NCBI GenBank assembly: GCA_041641295.1
Contig: JBEPYO010000001.1
Span: 896,001 to 960,000, forward strand
From: Nitrososphaerota archaeon
Lineage (GTDB): Archaea; Thermoproteota; Nitrososphaeria_A; Caldarchaeales; Calditenuaceae
Direction of reading: 5' to 3'
Length of the DNA stretch: 64,000 nucleotides
A model generated the notes under the pieces. It was given only the letters and a program-made list of their open reading frames with translations. It searched no databases and was not told where the DNA came from. The translations under genes and the position numbers were made by a program. Below, piece after piece: positions 9,479-19,073 of this stretch. Every line of letters starts with the position of its first letter. Within the stretch, counting starts at the first letter, position 1.

Positions 9479-10161
9479 GCCGGCATCTATTATTAGAGCT
9501 TAGACTTCTCCTCGCCTCACCACTCAGAATATCTGTGCCCCTAATCGCCCCGCTGGCACCGCTCCTACTCAGATATGCGGGGCTGCTGGGCCTAGACCTT
9601 GTCGAGCCCCTATTCCTCCTGATGTACCAGTTTCTGGCGATGGCTTATCTTCCATGGATGTTGGGGCTGCTCAGGGGAGGTTGGAGGCTGGTCTGGCTGC
9701 TGGGGCCGCCGGGCTCCGCCTTATCCCTCACCCCTTCATACTTGGGGTTCTTCGCACTGACATCAGCCCTGCCGCTGGCGCCCTACAGGCTCCTACACCA
9801 TCTACCCGCCTCCACACCGTTTGATAGCCTTGCAGCATCGCTAACCATCTTCACACTATCAGTAGGAATGCTTCACCAGTCCCTCGCAGCACTGCTCCTC
9901 TCTAGGTCGCGAGACATGACAATTGGATGGGCGGCCGTTCTCACATACCAGTCCCTACTCATAGTCCTCGCCGCATCCCTACTCTCCCAGGGCTGGTCTG
10001 ACGCCTACGCCGCCGCGGCGTTCCTCTTCCCAGTCCTCCTAGCCGTGAAGCCCCAAGCCTCCTTAGAGATACTCCTCATAGCCGCGGGCCTCTGCCTAAT
10101 CTTCTCAATAATCTTCACGTACTTGACTGTTCGCGGAGCTGTGAGGCCGGCCCCGTCTTGA
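9475..10161 (+). CDS. Polytopic membrane protein, probable ABC-2-type permease partner
   Basis: Leu-rich, about 6 hydrophobic segments, GTGA overlap with the upstream NBD gene. Confidence 0.65.
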   Translation: MSRHLLLELRLLLASPLRISVPLIAPLAPLLLRYAGLLGLDLVEPLFLLMYQFLAMAYLPWMLGLLRGGWRLVWLLGPPGSALSLTPSYLGFFALTSALPLAPYRLLHHLPASTPFDSLAASLTIFTLSVGMLHQSLAALLLSRSRDMTIGWAAVLTYQSLLIVLAASLLSQGWSDAYAAAAFLFPVLLAVKPQASLEILLIAAGLCLIFSIIFTYLTVRGAVRPAPS

Positions 10162-10186
10162 AACGAGCCTCAATTTAATAACAGGA

Positions 10187-11095
10187 TTGTTTGCGAGGTA
10201 TAGCGGGTTGGCGATACTCGTCGACCGCAATACGCGGGTCTTGGTTCAGGGGATAACTGGGAGGCAGGGGAGCTTCCACACGGCCGAGATGCTGAAGTAC
10301 GGGACGAGAGTTGTTGCCGGTGTTACGCCCGGTAGAGGCGGGTCTGAGGTGCATGGTGTCCCGGTCTATGACTCGGTGGAAGATGCTGTTAGGGCTCATC
10401 CGGAGATAGACGCGTCCATCATTTTTGTCCCAGCGGCGGCTGCTGTAGATGCGTGCTATGAGGCCATAGAGGCTGGGATACGTCTGATCGTACTGATTAC
10501 GGAGGGGATACCGACCCACTGGACAATGCAGCTTGTCAGATACGCCTCTCTGAGGGGTGTTACGATAATTGGGCCCAACACGCCGGGAGTAATCACACCG
10601 GGGGAGTGTAAGCTGGGAATAATGCCCGGGAGCGTCTTCACGCGCGGCCCAGTCGGGATAGTATCGAGGAGTGGGACCCTAACCTACGAGATAGCCCAGA
10701 ACCTCACTGAGAGGGGGATAGGCCAGAGCACGTGCGTTGGGATAGGTGGAGACGCAGTCGTGGGGACAGGCTTCATAGAGATACTCGACTTGATGGGCAG
10801 GGACCCCCAGACCAAGTGCGTGGTCTTGGTTGGCGAGATAGGTGGGGACGCCGAGGAGAGGGTTGCAGAATACATAGTGAGGGAGAATTATCCTAAGCCG
10901 CTGGTGGCATATGTCGCTGGTAGGACTGCTCCGCCGGGTAAGAGGATGGGGCACGCAGGGGCGATAATCTCGCTGGGCATGGGTGATGCCTTGACCAAGA
11001 TGAAGAGGCTGAGGGAGGCGGGTGCGAGGGTTGCCGAGACGCCGGGCGAGGTTGCAAACCTAGTAGAAGAGGCTCTGAGAACCCCTAAGAGATAG
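10187..11095 (+). CDS. sucD: Succinyl-CoA synthetase alpha subunit
   Basis: VLVQGITG, GVTPG, ITEGIP, IGPNTPG, SRSGTLTYE, GIGGD, GEIGG and RMGHAGA (phospho-His). Confidence 0.95.
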   Translation: MFARYSGLAILVDRNTRVLVQGITGRQGSFHTAEMLKYGTRVVAGVTPGRGGSEVHGVPVYDSVEDAVRAHPEIDASIIFVPAAAAVDACYEAIEAGIRLIVLITEGIPTHWTMQLVRYASLRGVTIIGPNTPGVITPGECKLGIMPGSVFTRGPVGIVSRSGTLTYEIAQNLTERGIGQSTCVGIGGDAVVGTGFIEILDLMGRDPQTKCVVLVGEIGGDAEERVAEYIVRENYPKPLVAYVAGRTAPPGKRMGHAGAIISLGMGDALTKMKRLREAGARVAETPGEVANLVEEALRTPKR

Positions 11096-11096
11096 G

Positions 11097-12254
11097 CTAT
11101 CTCGAGAAGCTCTCCTCAACTATACCCTCAACATAGCTGTAGTCGAGGCCCATCCCATACTCGTTAAGCGCGCCGCACAGCGCCTTGAGCGTGGCCTTAA
11201 CCCTCTCAGGAGTCACTTGCCCCATGCTCCCGATCCTGATCATCCTGCCCTTCTCCTTGGAGACGCCGACGCCCACGTGAACCCCATACTTCTCGGCCAT
11301 GATTTTTGCGACATCGGTGTCGCGGATGTGTTGGGGTAGTTGGATGGCTATGAGTGTTGGAGACCTGAACTGTGGCTGGGGGTATATCTCGAGCCCCAGC
11401 TCGCCTAGCGATCTGTAAAAGGCCTCTGCCCCCCTCCTATGCCTATCAATCCACTCGTCTAGGCCGGTCTCAAAAATCTTGTCCAGTGAGGCGTCGAGGC
11501 CGTAGAAGAGCGTTATGGCGGGGGTGTAGGGCGTCTCTCGGCGGGACATAAACTCTCTGTGAAGGACTAGGTCGAAGTAGGCGGGCCTCCTCTTGAGCGA
11601 CTCAATCTTCTCCCAAGCCCTCTGGGAGACGGCGACGATGGCGAGGCCAGGCGGCCCGGCAAGACACTTCTGAGTCCCAGCAACCAGAACATCTATGCCC
11701 GCGCCGTCAAAGCTGAACGGCACCCCTCCCAGAGAGGTGACAGCATCCACTACGAGCAACGCCCCGGCACGCCTGCAGGCGCCCGCAATCTCTTCAATGT
11801 TGGGGGCCAAGGCCCCTGTGGAGGTCTCGTTATGGACCAGCAGGACCACATCGACGTCGCTATTCTCCTCAAGCCCCCTCTTCACGTCCTCCACCGTCGG
11901 CGCCCTGTTCCATGGAACCTCTATAATGGTTGTATTCGCCGAGTAGTATCTCGCCGCCGCGGCCATCCGCTCGCCGAACTGGCCGCCCACAAAGGCTAAG
12001 ACCTTGTCGCCGCTCTCTATTGTGTTGGAGACAGCTGCCTCTACTCCGCCGGTTGCGGAGCAGGTGAGTAGGAAGACATCCTGTCTCGTCCCAACCACCT
12101 TCTTGAGCTTCTCTATGAGCTGGGCGTGAAACTCCTTAAACTCCTCTCCCCTGTGGTTTATCAGCCGCCCACCCATGGCCCTGTAGGACTCCTCAGGAAT
12201 ATCGGTCGGGCCTGGAAGCATCAGGATGTCGCGCCAGCTTCTACGCAGCTCCAC
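11097..12254 (-). CDS. Class V PLP aminotransferase (serine-pyruvate/alanine-glyoxylate or phosphoserine aminotransferase type)
   Basis: MLPGPT, INHRG, HNETSTG, VDAVTS, GTQKCLAGPPGL (PLP Lys), TPYTP and IRIGSMG. Confidence 0.9.
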   Translation of the reverse strand: MELRRSWRDILMLPGPTDIPEESYRAMGGRLINHRGEEFKEFHAQLIEKLKKVVGTRQDVFLLTCSATGGVEAAVSNTIESGDKVLAFVGGQFGERMAAAARYYSANTTIIEVPWNRAPTVEDVKRGLEENSDVDVVLLVHNETSTGALAPNIEEIAGACRRAGALLVVDAVTSLGGVPFSFDGAGIDVLVAGTQKCLAGPPGLAIVAVSQRAWEKIESLKRRPAYFDLVLHREFMSRRETPYTPAITLFYGLDASLDKIFETGLDEWIDRHRRGAEAFYRSLGELGLEIYPQPQFRSPTLIAIQLPQHIRDTDVAKIMAEKYGVHVGVGVSKEKGRMIRIGSMGQVTPERVKATLKALCGALNEYGMGLDYSYVEGIVEESFSR

Positions 12255-12353
12255 TTCCCCACTCCTGCAACGAATCCATTAATAAACCATCATCAAGCCC
12301 AGGTTAATAATAAAAGTAGGAGCATCTCGGCTCGATAGTGGTCGGAGAGTGGT

Positions 12354-13280
12354 GTGGAGAGGGTACTCGTCGCATGCCCCTTCAGCGAGAGGCTTTTAGA
12401 CGCTCTACGCGGGGCTGGGGTTGAGGTTGATTACAGGCCTAAGGCTTCGCAGGAGGAGCTCGACGAGCTGTACACAGGGTACGACGGCCTAGTAGTCAGG
12501 GGGAATCTCCGGGTTAGGCCGGTCAAGGGTCGGGGGCGGCTCAAGGTCATAGTCAGGGCGGGCGCGGGCGTCGATAACATAGCAGTGGAGGAGTTCGCGG
12601 GGCTGGGCGTCAAGGTCTTCAACACTCCTGACGCTGTTGCCGAGTCTGTCGGAGAGCTGGTCATAGGCCTCATGATAAGCCTCTCCCGCGGAATAGTGAG
12701 GGCTGCATCAGCACTCTCCAGAGGCGAGTGGTTGAAGCAGGGTCTCATGGGCCAAGAGCTCGCTGGCAAGACACTAGGCATCATCGGGCTGGGCAGGATA
12801 GGGCGAGTAGTGGCGCGGATAGCCCACGCCATGGGGATGAGAATACTAGTCTATGACGTGGTAAAGTTTGAGCCAGAGACCCTCGCACAATACAAGGCTG
12901 AGCAAGTAGATCTTGAGAAGCTGCTGTCAGAGTCAGACTATATCACAATACACGCGCCGCTCACGGAGGGGACGAGAGATATGATAGGTGAGAGGGAGCT
13001 CAGGATGATGAAGAAGACCGCGTATCTAATCAACACTGCCAGAGGGCAGATCGTTGACCAAGAGGCCTTGAAGCGCGCCTTGAAGGAGGGGTGGATTGCG
13101 GGGGCCGCCCTAGACGTCTTCGCCGAGGAGCCGCCGCGGGACTTAGAGCTTCTGAGCCTCCCAAACCTAATCCCCACACCGCACATAGGGGCTCAGACCA
13201 AGGAGGCGCAGGAGAAGGCCGCTCTCGAGGCCGTGCACATACTGCTGAGGGAGCTTAAGGGGGTACGGGCCGGACCATAG
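12354..13280 (+). CDS. serA: D-2-hydroxyacid dehydrogenase (short D-3-phosphoglycerate dehydrogenase / hydroxypyruvate reductase type, no ACT domain)
   Basis: RAGAGVDNI, GIIGLGRIG, INTARG, LDVF.EEP and TPHIGAQT.EAQ. Substrate is not resolved. Confidence 0.7.
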   Translation: MERVLVACPFSERLLDALRGAGVEVDYRPKASQEELDELYTGYDGLVVRGNLRVRPVKGRGRLKVIVRAGAGVDNIAVEEFAGLGVKVFNTPDAVAESVGELVIGLMISLSRGIVRAASALSRGEWLKQGLMGQELAGKTLGIIGLGRIGRVVARIAHAMGMRILVYDVVKFEPETLAQYKAEQVDLEKLLSESDYITIHAPLTEGTRDMIGERELRMMKKTAYLINTARGQIVDQEALKRALKEGWIAGAALDVFAEEPPRDLELLSLPNLIPTPHIGAQTKEAQEKAALEAVHILLRELKGVRAGP

Positions 13281-13362
13281 GGGCCCGCCTTTGCGGAATT
13301 TGAATGGTATGTAGCGGATACTCGGCTATTGGCTTAAATATGATACGCGCTCCAGTAGAATC

Positions 13363-14865
13363 GTGCCAAGTGCCAGTAGAGTCTCCCTCATCGGGGCTTT
13401 AGGAGTGGTGCTGCTAGCTGTTGCGATGGCCCTACCCGCAGCCTATGCGCAGGCCTACAACATCACGGTCGAGGATGCTAGGATAAAGGTCAGGCTCACA
13501 TACCCTCCCGAAGTCGAGGTAGGCTCCTGCTTCAACGTCCAGATAGAGGTTACAGCCCTCTCGGCACTAGACAGTCTCAACCTCACCCTCAAGATAATCT
13601 ACTTCTACGACAGTCAGAGCCAAACCCTCTACAATCAAGTATTGATAAACGATGTGGACGTGTCGGCCCCCAGTGTAGTATTATTCAAGAACATAGGCCT
13701 CTGCATACCAACACAAGTTGCTGCAGATCCTTGGCTCGAGGCGAGGGTAATCTTCAACTATTTCACAGACAGCACCCCCGTAGAGATAACGAACACATTC
13801 TACATGAGCACCGTGAGGCAGATATCCTATGAGCGGCTATCCGCTAGGCTCGCAGACGCGAACCAAGAAATCTCGAGGCTGAGGTCCGAGGTAGCGGCCC
13901 TGAAGGCTGAACTTGAGGAGGCTGCCGCGAGGGAAGAAGCCCTGAAGGCGAAGATCGATGAGCTGACCCAAGTCAAGGAGGATTTGGAGAAGAGGCTGGC
14001 CGAGCTTCAAACCCTTAAGAGCGAGTTGGAGAAACAGCTGTCAGACCTCACCAGCAGGTATAGCCAGCTGCTGGTGGACAACTCCGCGCTACAGGAGCGA
14101 TACAAGACCCTGATGGACAACTACGCAATCCTCCAGAAGAGCTATGAGGAGTTAAGAAAGGACTATGACGCGGTCTCAAGAGACCTATCATCGACCAGAA
14201 GCCTCTACAGCGAGCTACAGTCTAGGCACGAGTCCTTGAGAGCATCATACGAGGATTCTGTCAAGACTTTGGGCCAGTTGGAGGGGTCCTTGAAGGAGCT
14301 TGAGAGGCAGCGCGAGGTTCTCGAGGCGATGCTGGCCCAGGCCACCGGGGAGAGCGGCTTCTTCAAAAACGTCGCTGTTGGACAGGGTGTCGGGCTGGTC
14401 GCCCTAGGTGGCGGCGTCGCAGCCTGGATGTTGATGAGGAGGAGGGGTAAGGCCGCAGCGGTTGGGGGCCAAACAGCTCCCACGCCCCCTCCACCTTCGC
14501 CACTGCCCACAAACCCAACCACCAACCAGCCACCCTCAACAGCAGCCAACCCCGAACAGCTAAGCGCGGCGGAGCGCGCAGCCAAGGAGCCAGCACACGT
14601 AGAAGAGGCGCCGGAGAGCGAAGTGGTCCAGAAGGTAATCTCAGGCAGAAGGGTCACTATCCCCTCACGTCTGGCCGAGAGGCTAGGCATAGGTATAGGG
14701 GACAGCATAAAGATAGGGCTGCTAGGCGACAGGCTGATTCTCGTCCCGATAAGGGCTAATGGAGCAGCTTATCCGCAGCCTCCTGAGCCTGCCTCACAAC
14801 CTCGACACTCTTCAGAAACTCGCGCCGCTCAGAATCATCAAGATCGAGCTCGATTATTCGCTTAA
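13363..14865 (+). CDS. Secreted beta-domain, long coiled coil, single TM helix, Pro-rich linker and C-terminal AbrB/MazE/SpoVT-type DNA-binding domain
   Basis: Signal peptide ending AYA-Q; heptad-rich aa ~155-330; TM aa ~336-358 followed by RRRGK; C-terminal KVISGRRVTIPSRLAERLGIGIGDSIKIGLLGDRLILVP. Confidence 0.8.
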   Translation: MPSASRVSLIGALGVVLLAVAMALPAAYAQAYNITVEDARIKVRLTYPPEVEVGSCFNVQIEVTALSALDSLNLTLKIIYFYDSQSQTLYNQVLINDVDVSAPSVVLFKNIGLCIPTQVAADPWLEARVIFNYFTDSTPVEITNTFYMSTVRQISYERLSARLADANQEISRLRSEVAALKAELEEAAAREEALKAKIDELTQVKEDLEKRLAELQTLKSELEKQLSDLTSRYSQLLVDNSALQERYKTLMDNYAILQKSYEELRKDYDAVSRDLSSTRSLYSELQSRHESLRASYEDSVKTLGQLEGSLKELERQREVLEAMLAQATGESGFFKNVAVGQGVGLVALGGGVAAWMLMRRRGKAAAVGGQTAPTPPPPSPLPTNPTTNQPPSTAANPEQLSAAERAAKEPAHVEEAPESEVVQKVISGRRVTIPSRLAERLGIGIGDSIKIGLLGDRLILVPIRANGAAYPQPPEPASQPRHSSETRAAQNHQDRARLFA

Positions 14866-15685
14866 CACCGCTGAGCCCCAAAACAGCCGGCACCACGCTG
14901 CATACACCATCCACGCCATACTCGCCCCTCAGGTAGACGCTGGAGGGAATGACTGCGTCAGTATCCTTTAGGATAGCCTCGGCCATAAGCATCACGCCAG
15001 CCCCCGGGGCATGGCTTGCCGACCACCCCTTAAGGGATATCACCTCGGCACCAGCCTTCCTAGTCCTCTCGACCAGTTCACCGATCTTCTCCCGCGACAG
15101 GAGTGAGGTGAGCGGCTTACCGAGTACATGAGTTAGGCGCGGTAGGAGGACCATATTGTCGCCGTGCTCTCCTATTATGGGGCCGACGATAGATGAGCGC
15201 GAGACCCCCAGCTCCTTGGCAACCAAGTATCTGAACCTGCCAAAGTCCAGCAGGCCGCTAAACCCTATAACCCTCTCCCTCCCAAACCCGGTCTTCCTCA
15301 AGGCAACATAGGTCATTACGTCGAGGGGATTTGTTACTACTATGACCTTGGAGTTTGGCGCATATTCCCTAACCTTCTCTGAGACGTCCGCGACTATGGC
15401 AGTGTTCTTCTGGAGGAGGTCCATCCTCGTCATGTCGGCCTTCCGAACTACTCCAGCCGTAATAACCACCAAATCCGCTCCCGCGATATCCTTATAGTCA
15501 TTCGACCCAGTTATCTCCACGTCTATCCCAAGTATCGAGGCCATGTGAGAGAGGTCCAGCGCCTCACCCTGCGGCAGCCCCTGCACAATATCCACTAGGA
15601 CAAGATCTCCCAAACCCTTCAAAGCAATATGTATCGCCGCTGAAACTCCAACCCTTCCACACCCGATAACACCTATCAGAGGCAC
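14756..15685 (-). CDS. mdh: Malate dehydrogenase (LDH-like)
   Basis: GVIGCGRVG, GEALDL, ITAGVVRKADMTRMDL, VTNPLD, LD.GR and GEHGD. Confidence 0.92.
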   Translation of the reverse strand: MPLIGVIGCGRVGVSAAIHIALKGLGDLVLVDIVQGLPQGEALDLSHMASILGIDVEITGSNDYKDIAGADLVVITAGVVRKADMTRMDLLQKNTAIVADVSEKVREYAPNSKVIVVTNPLDVMTYVALRKTGFGRERVIGFSGLLDFGRFRYLVAKELGVSRSSIVGPIIGEHGDNMVLLPRLTHVLGKPLTSLLSREKIGELVERTRKAGAEVISLKGWSASHAPGAGVMLMAEAILKDTDAVIPSSVYLRGEYGVDGVCSVVPAVLGLSGVKRIIELDLDDSERREFLKSVEVVRQAQEAADKLLH

Positions 15686-15749
15686 AAAATACCACTGGAG
15701 AGAGTTCTAAAAAAGGTATTCTACGTGGCTCACCCCCTCTATAGCTTGG

Positions 15750-16649
15750 ATGACCGTGGCGGCGATTTCGAGGGGCGTATACATGGTGGACACTGGCGGC
15801 CTCGGATACAGGAACACTGTTGCAGCATACATTGTGAAGGGGGAGAGGTACGCGGCGGTCGTGGACACTGGTTATGGCTCATCCACGAGACGTATGGCAG
15901 AAGCAATAGCGAAAGCCAACGCCGCGGATAAGCTCAGATACATAATCCCTACACACGCCCACCTAGACCACTGCGGGGCGACGGGAGACTTAGCAAACAT
16001 CTACAAGGGGGCCGAGGTCTACGCCCACGAGCGGGCGCTCCCTCACATCATCAACCCCGCGAGGCTGCTGGAGAGTGTCAAGGCGATCTACCCTGCCTAC
16101 GCACTGGCCGCTATGGGCGGTATGAAACCTGTCGATGAAAACAGGGCGCGAGTCATGGATGATGGTGAGGAAATAGACTTGGGTGGACTCACTCTCCGCT
16201 CAATCTACACGCCAGGCCACGCCCCACACCAATTATCCATCCAGATAGTGGAGCTGGGCTACATAGTGACCGGAGACGCCGTCCCATCCAAATACTCGTT
16301 CGGCGACTACTACATCCCCAACATAGTCCCGCCGAGATACGACCTAGACCAAGCACTTCAGAGCCTCAAGAAGATCTTCGACCTAGAGCCCCGCCTCCTG
16401 CTCACCCCTCATTTCGGGCCAATCCTGCCATCCAAGAGCCTGTATGAGAAATACGTGTCGGTGATTATGGGGGCGGTGGAGGCTGCGAAGGAGTTGATTG
16501 GGAGGGGTGAGGGGTTGGAGGCGTTGAGGTCTAGGCTGGCCGTCGCAATTACGGGTGGAACCGATTTGTCGGGCCTTCACCCCTCCATACAGGTCGGGGT
16601 GATATTCGCGGCGCTCGCACTCTACCAGACCTACAGGTCATCCACGTAG
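15750..16649 (+). CDS. Metallo-beta-lactamase-fold hydrolase
   Basis: VDTG, THAHLDHCG, TPGHAPH, TGDA and PHFG. Confidence 0.9.
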   Translation: MTVAAISRGVYMVDTGGLGYRNTVAAYIVKGERYAAVVDTGYGSSTRRMAEAIAKANAADKLRYIIPTHAHLDHCGATGDLANIYKGAEVYAHERALPHIINPARLLESVKAIYPAYALAAMGGMKPVDENRARVMDDGEEIDLGGLTLRSIYTPGHAPHQLSIQIVELGYIVTGDAVPSKYSFGDYYIPNIVPPRYDLDQALQSLKKIFDLEPRLLLTPHFGPILPSKSLYEKYVSVIMGAVEAAKELIGRGEGLEALRSRLAVAITGGTDLSGLHPSIQVGVIFAALALYQTYRSST

Positions 16650-17431
16650 CGGAAGCTGACGCCCCCCGCACCTATCTCCGCGACCGCGGGCCTGATGCCG
16701 TAGAACCTGCAGGAGAATACCGTGTAGAGCTTTCCTCCGAAGAGGGCCTCATAGCCTGCGGGAACAGGCTCGTGGGCCCTAAACAGCCTCTCACACCCGC
16801 TCGCCTCCAAAAACCTCTCAAGCACCCTACGCCCAAAAACCCTCGCACCTCCTCCACGCGGGCTGGGCCCAAACCCGTCCACACCCTCTCTCGGATCGTT
16901 CCAAAGAACCTGGAACACAACCTCATCCTCCAAATCCTCACCCTGCTTCCCCCGCGAAGCGACATCCCGTATAGAGCTGGCACCCTCCGGAACCCCTCCA
17001 TGCACCAGTATCGAGGACCGGTTGAAAACGCCGCCTATAGGCAAAGTAGAGTAGAGGTTAGCGAAGAGGCCGTAGGCCCCGGGGCCAAGCCTCCTCGACA
17101 CCACCTCATAGAACCCATAGTACATATTCATCTCCCTAGTCTCGTGGTTCCCCCTCAGAAGGTATATTCTCTTGGGCTCGTCCCGCTTAGCTTCGAGCAA
17201 TCTGACAATATTCTCCAACTGGTAGGGGCCCCGGTCCACGTAGTCGCCGAGAAAAATTATGACGCCACTCCCCACCCTCTCTAGGACTCGCTCAGTCGTC
17301 TCCAAGTCGCCGTGAGTATCGCCAACAACAACCGCGCTCTTGGCCTCAATCTCGAGGACTGCGCTCTCGGCAGAGAGAATTGGAGTAGCCTCCTCCACAA
17401 CCTTCTTAACAGCGCCCAAGCCCAGCGACAA
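16631..17431 (-). CDS. PPP-family Ser/Thr protein phosphatase
   Basis: GDTHG, GDYVDRG, LRGNHE, VHGG, LWNDP, SPRG...FG, RAHE and TVFS. Confidence 0.92.
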   Translation of the reverse strand: MSLGLGAVKKVVEEATPILSAESAVLEIEAKSAVVVGDTHGDLETTERVLERVGSGVIIFLGDYVDRGPYQLENIVRLLEAKRDEPKRIYLLRGNHETREMNMYYGFYEVVSRRLGPGAYGLFANLYSTLPIGGVFNRSSILVHGGVPEGASSIRDVASRGKQGEDLEDEVVFQVLWNDPREGVDGFGPSPRGGGARVFGRRVLERFLEASGCERLFRAHEPVPAGYEALFGGKLYTVFSCRFYGIRPAVAEIGAGGVSFRYVDDL

Positions 17432-17598
17432 GACCCAAACAACACTATATCCCCAGTATTTCTAAGTAGCCTTGCAGAAAATAGAAGCGCCAAAACTCTT
17501 GCCTGCAACGTATTTATCCCCAGCCCCCCACTCTTAGGCAGCTACTCGAAACCGCGGAGCAGTTGAGAAATATATAATCACAGTATAGGGGACTGTGA

Positions 17599-18075
17599 TT
17601 GGATAATCTAATATTCTCAAGGCTGGTGTGGTTGTCTGTGAGGCCTAGGAAGCTGGAGCTTGGAGAACTCCTAAATATGCTCGTAGAGGAGCATAGACAG
17701 GTTAAGTCTCTGCTCAACAGGCTCAACACCCTCCTACAGGAGGAAAGATACGCGGAGGTAGCAGAAGAACTCAACAACTTCAAACCATACCTAGACCAGC
17801 ACATAATAGACGAGGAGGCGACAGTCCTCAAGGTGCTCTTGGACGCTTATGGGAGAGAGGGCGCCGAGCGCGCGATAAAAGTCTTCCAAGAACACAAGGA
17901 GATACACCAGCTAATCTCAGAGATGCGGTCTGCAGCCCTGTCTTCACCCGAAGGACTGGCTGAGAAGAGGGATAGGCTTAGAACCGTTCTAGAAAGGCAT
18001 TTTAGGGCTGAGGAGGAAGAGGTTTTCCCATGGGCGCTAGACACCGTGAGAAAGAGGCAGGGGAAGCCCATATGA
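17599..18075 (+). CDS. Hemerythrin/HHE cation-binding domain protein
   Basis: LVEEH, HIIDEE, QEH and HFRAEEEEVFP helical-bundle pattern. True start is probably downstream of 17599. Confidence 0.85.
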   Translation: MDNLIFSRLVWLSVRPRKLELGELLNMLVEEHRQVKSLLNRLNTLLQEERYAEVAEELNNFKPYLDQHIIDEEATVLKVLLDAYGREGAERAIKVFQEHKEIHQLISEMRSAALSSPEGLAEKRDRLRTVLERHFRAEEEEVFPWALDTVRKRQGKPI

Positions 18076-18118
18076 TACTAGAGAACCCTGAAGACGGCTC
18101 CCCTAGGACGAGGCCACA

Positions 18119-18982
18119 TCAGACCCAGACGGCGAAGTCACATACGTCAGCCATGTTTGCTTGGCAGAGCGTCTCAACGCATGAGACGTTCGTCAACCCG
18201 AACGCCTCCTCAAACAGGCCGGAAAGGAAGCCTCTGAAGAAGTGGCTCCTGTTAACACTCACGCCGGGACGCCGCTTTGAGCACTCGAAAAGCTCCTTAA
18301 CACCGATCCTCCAAACCATCTTGCTAGAATCGGCTTGGTAGTTCTCCAACACGCACCAGCCGGCAGCCTGAACCTCAGCCAGGGATAATCTGACCAGCTC
18401 ATCACCCGTCAGTGACGTCTCAGCCCTGAGGTTTTTCGCAAAACTCTCACCATATCTACGCCCCATGTCGTATAATAGCGCGTTAGCCGCGTCGCCTAGC
18501 TTCTCCCTCAGGTGCTCCATCATGTCGCAGAAGTAGTCGACCGTAAATACGACGGCCCTCTTATCGCCCATCATGATGGGGAACATGTGGCTATTTACAG
18601 CGACGCCCTTGACTAGCGCCCCATTCACCGAGACGCTCTCAACCACGCCGAGACCGCCGAGACTATACTCTATCCCCTCAGGGCTCAACCCGGAGTCAGT
18701 ATAGTCCACGAAAAGGGAGACGAGCAGCCCTCCATCGGAAATCTTAACCAGGGAGCCTCCCAAAACGTCGACAGTTTTCTTCGAAGCGATGCTTGAGAGG
18801 AGGACGATAAGGCCCGCCAGGTCGGGCGCTATGGCTGTCACCTCGGCGACGCTTCTACCCTTCCTGACGCACAGAGAAGGTAGAGAAGTTGGGACGCGAA
18901 ATGTCTTGTCGGTGGAGAGATTCCCTGGGTAGTACTCGTGGCTTAGGTCTCGTGGCCTCGCTGCGGCGGGGGTTGCGACCAC
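18119..18982 (-). CDS. ACT-like plus V4R (4-vinyl reductase) domain protein
   Basis: C-terminal V4R: LLYDMGRRYG, AAGW, LFEC, SHFFRGFLSG, VETLCQA...CDF. N-terminal ACT-like APDLAGLI...LFVDY. Start moved to GTG 18982, about 23 nt below a TATA box. Confidence 0.8.
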   Translation of the reverse strand: MVATPAAARPRDLSHEYYPGNLSTDKTFRVPTSLPSLCVRKGRSVAEVTAIAPDLAGLIVLLSSIASKKTVDVLGGSLVKISDGGLLVSLFVDYTDSGLSPEGIEYSLGGLGVVESVSVNGALVKGVAVNSHMFPIMMGDKRAVVFTVDYFCDMMEHLREKLGDAANALLYDMGRRYGESFAKNLRAETSLTGDELVRLSLAEVQAAGWCVLENYQADSSKMVWRIGVKELFECSKRRPGVSVNRSHFFRGFLSGLFEEAFGLTNVSCVETLCQANMADVCDFAVWV

Positions 18983-19004
18983 GTGATTAACACACATGTA
19001 CATG

Positions 19005-19073
19005 CTTATAAATTTTGTCAATCAGTTTGTCTTTAAGTCCGTCAAGACTTAATTTTGTGGAAAACTTTATATA
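19005..19073. promoter_or_regulatory. Divergent promoter pair with a central 7-6-7 palindromic operator candidate
   Basis: Minus-strand TTTATAAG (19005-19012) and plus-strand TTTATATA (19066-19073, after GGAAAAC) flank TTAAGTC-cgtcaa-GACTTAA (19033-19052). Confidence 0.55.
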
